Of a stretch of DNA of 64,000 nt, positions 56,181-64,000 are shown piece after piece (position 1 is the stretch's first letter; every line of letters begins with the position of its first letter). Below the pieces are notes generated by a model. The model was not told the origin of the DNA, did not search any database, and worked only from the letters and a program-made list of their open reading frames with translations. This stretch comes from the human T2T-CHM13v2.0 reference genome, Homo sapiens. The translations under genes and the position numbers were made by a program. The DNA is taken from assembly GCF_009914755.1 (NCBI RefSeq), contig NC_060928.1; one strand, 5' to 3'.

Positions 56181-57189
56181 CAATTTGTCTAAGGATTCAT
56201 AAACTGAATTCATAACAGGCTATAAGTCTGGTTGTATTAATAGCTATTCCTAAATCCTGTGGATTTATATTCTTACCTTCTCCATAGATACATTGTTGGA
56301 TAAATTGACAATTCAAATATTTTGGGTGTACTACATGCTAGGGTATTTGTAAATAGGAGTAATACAATATTGTTCTTATGCATAAGAAGTACAGTTTATT
56401 GGGAGTGCCAGATAGGTAAACAATTAATTACAATATTGTGTACGTTCAATAACAGAGGAACATGCTGCCTGAGTCTTCCTGAGGACAGAAGGCTGCAAAA
56501 TGAGAGCACAACATCTGTGACATCAAATGCACTGTGATTTGGCAGTTAAACAAAATGTAACCTGGGCTAGTAGAAAAGTCATGAATTCTGAAGTCGAAGG
56601 AATTTGTCTTTTAGATCTTGTTCTGCTATTTCTTTCTTGTCCTTGGCTCAATGCATAAATTTGTTGGGCCTTAAGTTTCTTTCTCTGAAATGGGAAAGGC
56701 AAACAATACCTCCTTTGTAGAATTATTGTGGGCATTAAGGACCACACCCAACTTGCAGAACCTTCAATAAATGTTTCCTCCTATCTGTCTTTTCTCTGTT
56801 TAACATATCCCCTAAACTAGAAAGGAGAATTTTTTGAGATGATTTAGTGGGGCTCCAAATACTCAAAACTTTACAGAATTTTTTTTCCCCCAGAGTAAAT
56901 TGAGGACTTTCACTGTTCCACGCAGAGGCATTTATCTTTGAAATGGAAGAAGATTGTATTTTGGCTGGCCTGTATTGACTCCTAGAAAATGAAAGTAGTT
57001 ACTCACCAAGGATATAAGCCTTCCCAGAGCTTACTGATGCTTCAATCCTAGAAGTTGTCAATGTTTAGTGAGGTTAAAGCAGCAAGAGTGTGGACATCTC
57101 TGTCTTATACCTTAGCTTCCAGGGAATTGAACTAAACATTATATCTGTCTCCATAATTCTTATACAGATTTTTCATGCCAAATGATGTG

Positions 57190-59961
57190 GGATCTGGAAA
57201 GATGGGCGAATAGGAATAGCTCTGGTCTACAGCTCCCAGCAAAACCAACACAGAAGGTGGGTTATTTCTGCATTTCCAACTAAGGTAGGCAGTTCATCTC
57301 ATTGGGACTGGTTAGGCAGTGGGTGCAGCCTATGGAGGGCAAGCAGAAGCAGGGTGGGGCGTTGCCTCACCTAGGAAGTCAAGGAGCTGGGGCACCTCCC
57401 TCCCCCAGCCAAGGGAAGCCATGAGGGACTGTGCTATCTGGTCCGGATACTATGCTTTTTCCACGGTTTTTTGCAATTGGCAGATCTGGAGATTCCCTCA
57501 GGTGACGACATCACCAGGGCCCCAGGTTTCAAGCACAAAACTGTGCAGCTGTTTAGGCAGACACCAAGCTAGCTGCAGGAGTTTTTCTCATACGTACCCC
57601 AGTGGCACCTGGAACCCCAGTGAGATGGAACCGTTCACTCCCCTGGAAAGGGGGCTGAAGCCAGGGAGCCAAGTGGTCTCGCTTAGTGGGTCCCACTCCC
57701 ACAGAGCCCAGAAACCTAAGAACCATTGGCTTGAAATTCTCACTGCCAGCACAGCAGTCTGAAGTTGACCTGAAATGATAGAGCTTGGTAGGTGGAGGGT
57801 CGCCCGGCATTACCGAGGCTTGAGTAGGCGGTTTTCCCCTGATAGCGCTAAGGAGGCTGGGAGGTTTGGACTGGGTGGAATTCGCCACACCAAAGTAAAG
57901 CAGCAGTGGCCAGACTGCCTGAATAGAGTCCTCCTCACAGGGCAGGACATCTCTGAAAGAAAGGAAGCAGCCCCAGACAGGGGCTTACAGATAAAACTCC
58001 CATTTCCGTAGGACAGAGCACCTGGGGGAAGGGGCGGCTGTGGATGCAGCTTCAGCAGACTTAAACTTTCCTTCCTGCTGGTTCTGAGGAGAGCAGCTGA
58101 TCCTGACAAGGAGGATTCTCCCAGCAAAGCACTCGAGTTCTGCTAAGGGACACACTGTCTCCTCAGTTAGGTCCCTGATCCCTGTGCCTCCTGACTGGGA
58201 GAGTCCTCCCAACATGGGTTGACAGACACCGCTTTGCTGCATTGTGGTGAATTCCACCCAGTCCAAACCTGCCAGCCTCCTTAGCACTATCAGGGGAAAA
58301 CCGCCTATTCAAGCCTTTGGTAACGGCGGGCAACTCTTCCCCCACCAAGCTCAATCATTTCAGGTCAACTTCAGACTGCTGTGCTGGCAGGAGAGCTCTG
58401 GATGGCATCAGGCCAGTGCCCCTCTGAGACGAAGTTTCCAGAGGAAGGAGCAGGCAGCAATCTTTGCTGTTCTGTATCCTCCACTGGTGATAACCAGGCG
58501 AACAAGGTCGGGGGAGTGGAACTCCAGCAAACTGCTGCAGAACTGCAGAAGAGGGGCCTGACCGTTAGAAGAAAATCTAACAAACAGAAAGCAACAACAT
58601 CAACATCAACAAAAAGGACTCCCACACAAACCTCCGTCCAATCATCATCAGCCTCAAAGATTAAAGGTAGATAAATCCACGAAGATGAGGAAAAACCAGA
58701 GCAAAAATGCTGAAAATTTTAAAAACCAGAATACATCTTCTCCTCTAAATGACAGCAACTGTTCTCCAGCAAGATCTCAAAACTGGGCAGAGAATGAGAT
58801 TGATGAATTGACAGAAGTAGGCTTCAGAAGGGGGGTAATGACAAATGCCTCTGAGCTAAAGAAGCATTTTCTAACCCAATGCAAGGAAGCTAAGAACCTT
58901 GATAAAAGGTTACAAGAACTGCTAGCTAGAATTACCAGTTTAGAAAGAATATAAATGACCTGATGGAGCTGAAAAACGCAGCATGAGAACTTCTTAAAGC
59001 CTACATAAGTATCAATAGCTGAATCAATCAAGCAAAAGAAAGGATATCAGAGATTGAAGATCAATTTACATAAATATAGTGTGAAGACAAGGTTAGAGAA
59101 AAAATGATGCAAAGGAATGAACAAAGCCTCCAAGAAATATGGGACTATGTGAAGAGACCAAACCTATGATTGATTGATGTACCTGAAAGTGACAGGGAGA
59201 ATGGAACCAAGTTGGAAAACACACTTCAGGATATTATTCAGGAGGACTTCCCCAAGCTAGCAAGGCAGGCCAACATTCAAATTCAGGAAATACAGACAAC
59301 ACCACAAAGATACTCCTCGAGAAGAGCAACCTGAAGACAATAATCATCAGATTCTCCAAGGCTGAAAAGAAGGAAAAAATGTTAAAGGCAGCCAGAAAGA
59401 AAGATCAGGTTACCTACAAAGGAAAGCCCATCAGACTAACAGCAGATCTTTCTGAAGAAACCCTACAAGCCAGAAGAGAGTGGGAGCCAATAGTCAACAT
59501 TCTTAAAGAAAAGAATTTTCAACCTAGAATTTCATACCCAGCCAAACAAAGCTTCAGAAGTGAAAGAGAAATAAAATCCTTTACAGACAAGCAAATGCTG
59601 AGGGATTTTGTGACCACCAGGCCTGCCTTACAAGAGCTCCTGAAGGAAGCACTAAATATGGAAAGGAAAAACTGGTACCACCCAGTGAAAAAACACACCA
59701 GAATATAAAGACCAACGACACAATGAAGAAACTGCTTCAACTAATGTGCAAAATAACCAGCTAGAGTCATGGTGACAGGATCAAATTCACACATAACAAT
59801 ATTATCCTTAAATGTAAGTAGGATAAATGCCCCAATTAAAGGACACAGACTGGCACATTAAATAATCAAGACCTATTGCTGTGCTGTCTTCAGGAGACCC
59901 ACCTCATGTGCAAAGACACACATAGGCTCAAAATAAAGGGATGGAGGAATGGAAATGGAAG

Positions 59962-59996
<35 letters not shown>

Positions 59997-60060
59997 CAGG
60001 GGTTGCAATTCTACTCTCTGATACAACACACTTTAAACCAACAAAGATCAGAAAAGACAA
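57190..60060 (+). mobile_element. L1PA7/PA8-like LINE-1 5' portion (5'UTR, disrupted ORF1, start of ORF2)
   Basis: aagatgggcgaataggaatagctctggtctacagctcccagc 5' end. ORF1 pieces MRKNQSKNAEN... (58685) and MLKAARKKDQVTYKGKPIRLTADLS... (59379) are broken by stops and frameshifts. A 32-nt A run sits at 59964-59995. Confidence 0.9.
58229..58390 (-). repeat. 162-bp inverted copy of 57743-57903 inside the L1 5'UTR
   Basis: Manual alignment gives about 88% identity to the reverse complement of 57743-57903. Confidence 0.93.
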
Positions 60061-60117
60061 ACGAGAATGCACAAGCCGCAGTAACAATGAAATCAACTGG
60101 AAGAAAGGGTATCAGCG

Positions 60118-60774
60118 ATGGAAGACGAAATGAATGAAATGAAGAGTGAAGAGAAGTTTAGAGAAAAAAGAATAAAAAGAAATGAACAAAGCCTCCAAGA
60201 AATATGGGACTATGTGAAAAGACCAAATCTACGTCTGATTGGTGTACCTGAAAGTGACGGGGAGAATGGAACCAAGATGGAAAACACTCTGCAGGATATT
60301 ATCCAGGAGAACTTCCCCAATCTAGCAAGGCAGGCCAACATTAAAATTCAGGAAATACAGAGAATGCCACAGAGATACTCCTCGAGAAGAGCAACTCTAA
60401 GACACATAATTTTCAGATTCACCAAAGTTGAAATGAAGGAAAAAATGTTAAGGGCAGCCACAGAGAAATGTTGGGTTACCCACAAAGGGAAGCCCATCAG
60501 ACTAACAGCTGATCTCTCAGCAGAAACTCTACAAGCCAGAAGAGAGTGGGGGCCAATATTCAACATTCTTAAAGAAAAGAATTTTCAACCCAGAATTTCA
60601 TATCCAGCCAAACTAAGCTTCATAAGTGAAGGAGAAATAAAATACTTTACAGACAACCAAATGCTGAGAGATTTTGTCACCACCAGGCCTGCCCTAAAAG
60701 AGCTCCTGAAGGAAGCACTAAACATGGAAAGGAACAAGCAGTACCAGCCACTGCAAAAACATGCCAAATTGTAA
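60118..60774 (+). pseudogene. LINE-1 ORF1p, C-terminal two-thirds (RRM and CTD), N-terminally truncated
   Basis: 218-aa ORF ...QSLQEIWDYVKRPNLRLIGVPE...ARREWGPIFNILKEKNFQPRISYPAKLSF...QKHAKL. Confidence 0.93.
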
Positions 60775-60822
60775 AGACTATCAAGGCTAGGAAGAAACTG
60801 CATCAACTAACGAGCAAAATAA

Positions 60823-64000
<3,178 letters not shown>

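Noticed and set aside
57319-58674. Overlapping ORFs sharing peptides such as RRFSPDSAKEAGRFGLGGI on opposite strands
   Set aside because: They are a by-product of the inverted duplication in the L1 5'UTR, not a gene family.

Overview
This is AT-rich, repeat-dense primate (human-like) genomic DNA, either intergenic or deep intronic. I recognise no host protein-coding exon, RNA gene, CpG island or CRISPR array. The recognisable ORFs in the track are LINE-1, Alu or MaLR translations, and the rest look like chance ORFs. The window holds eight Alus, several LINE-1s of different ages (including nested ones and one 5'-inverted one), THE1/MLT1/MER21/MER65-type LTRs, DNA-transposon fossils (MER45A, MADE1, MADE2, MER6, MER82, MER94, MER3), many MIR/L2 remnants and a probable AmnSINE1. 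Family names come from recalled consensus sequences, not from a database search. The most unusual signals are structural. Three locally templated duplications are present: a perfect 109-bp direct duplication around an AluY plus an orphan ~80-bp insert, a 169-bp inverted copy with an 11-bp target-site-like repeat, and a 162-bp inverted copy inside an L1 5'UTR with junction microhomology. There is also a twin-primed L1 missing about 2 kb at its inversion point, and an AT-rich but CpG-undepleted patch. I found no evidence of a new multi-gene biological system.
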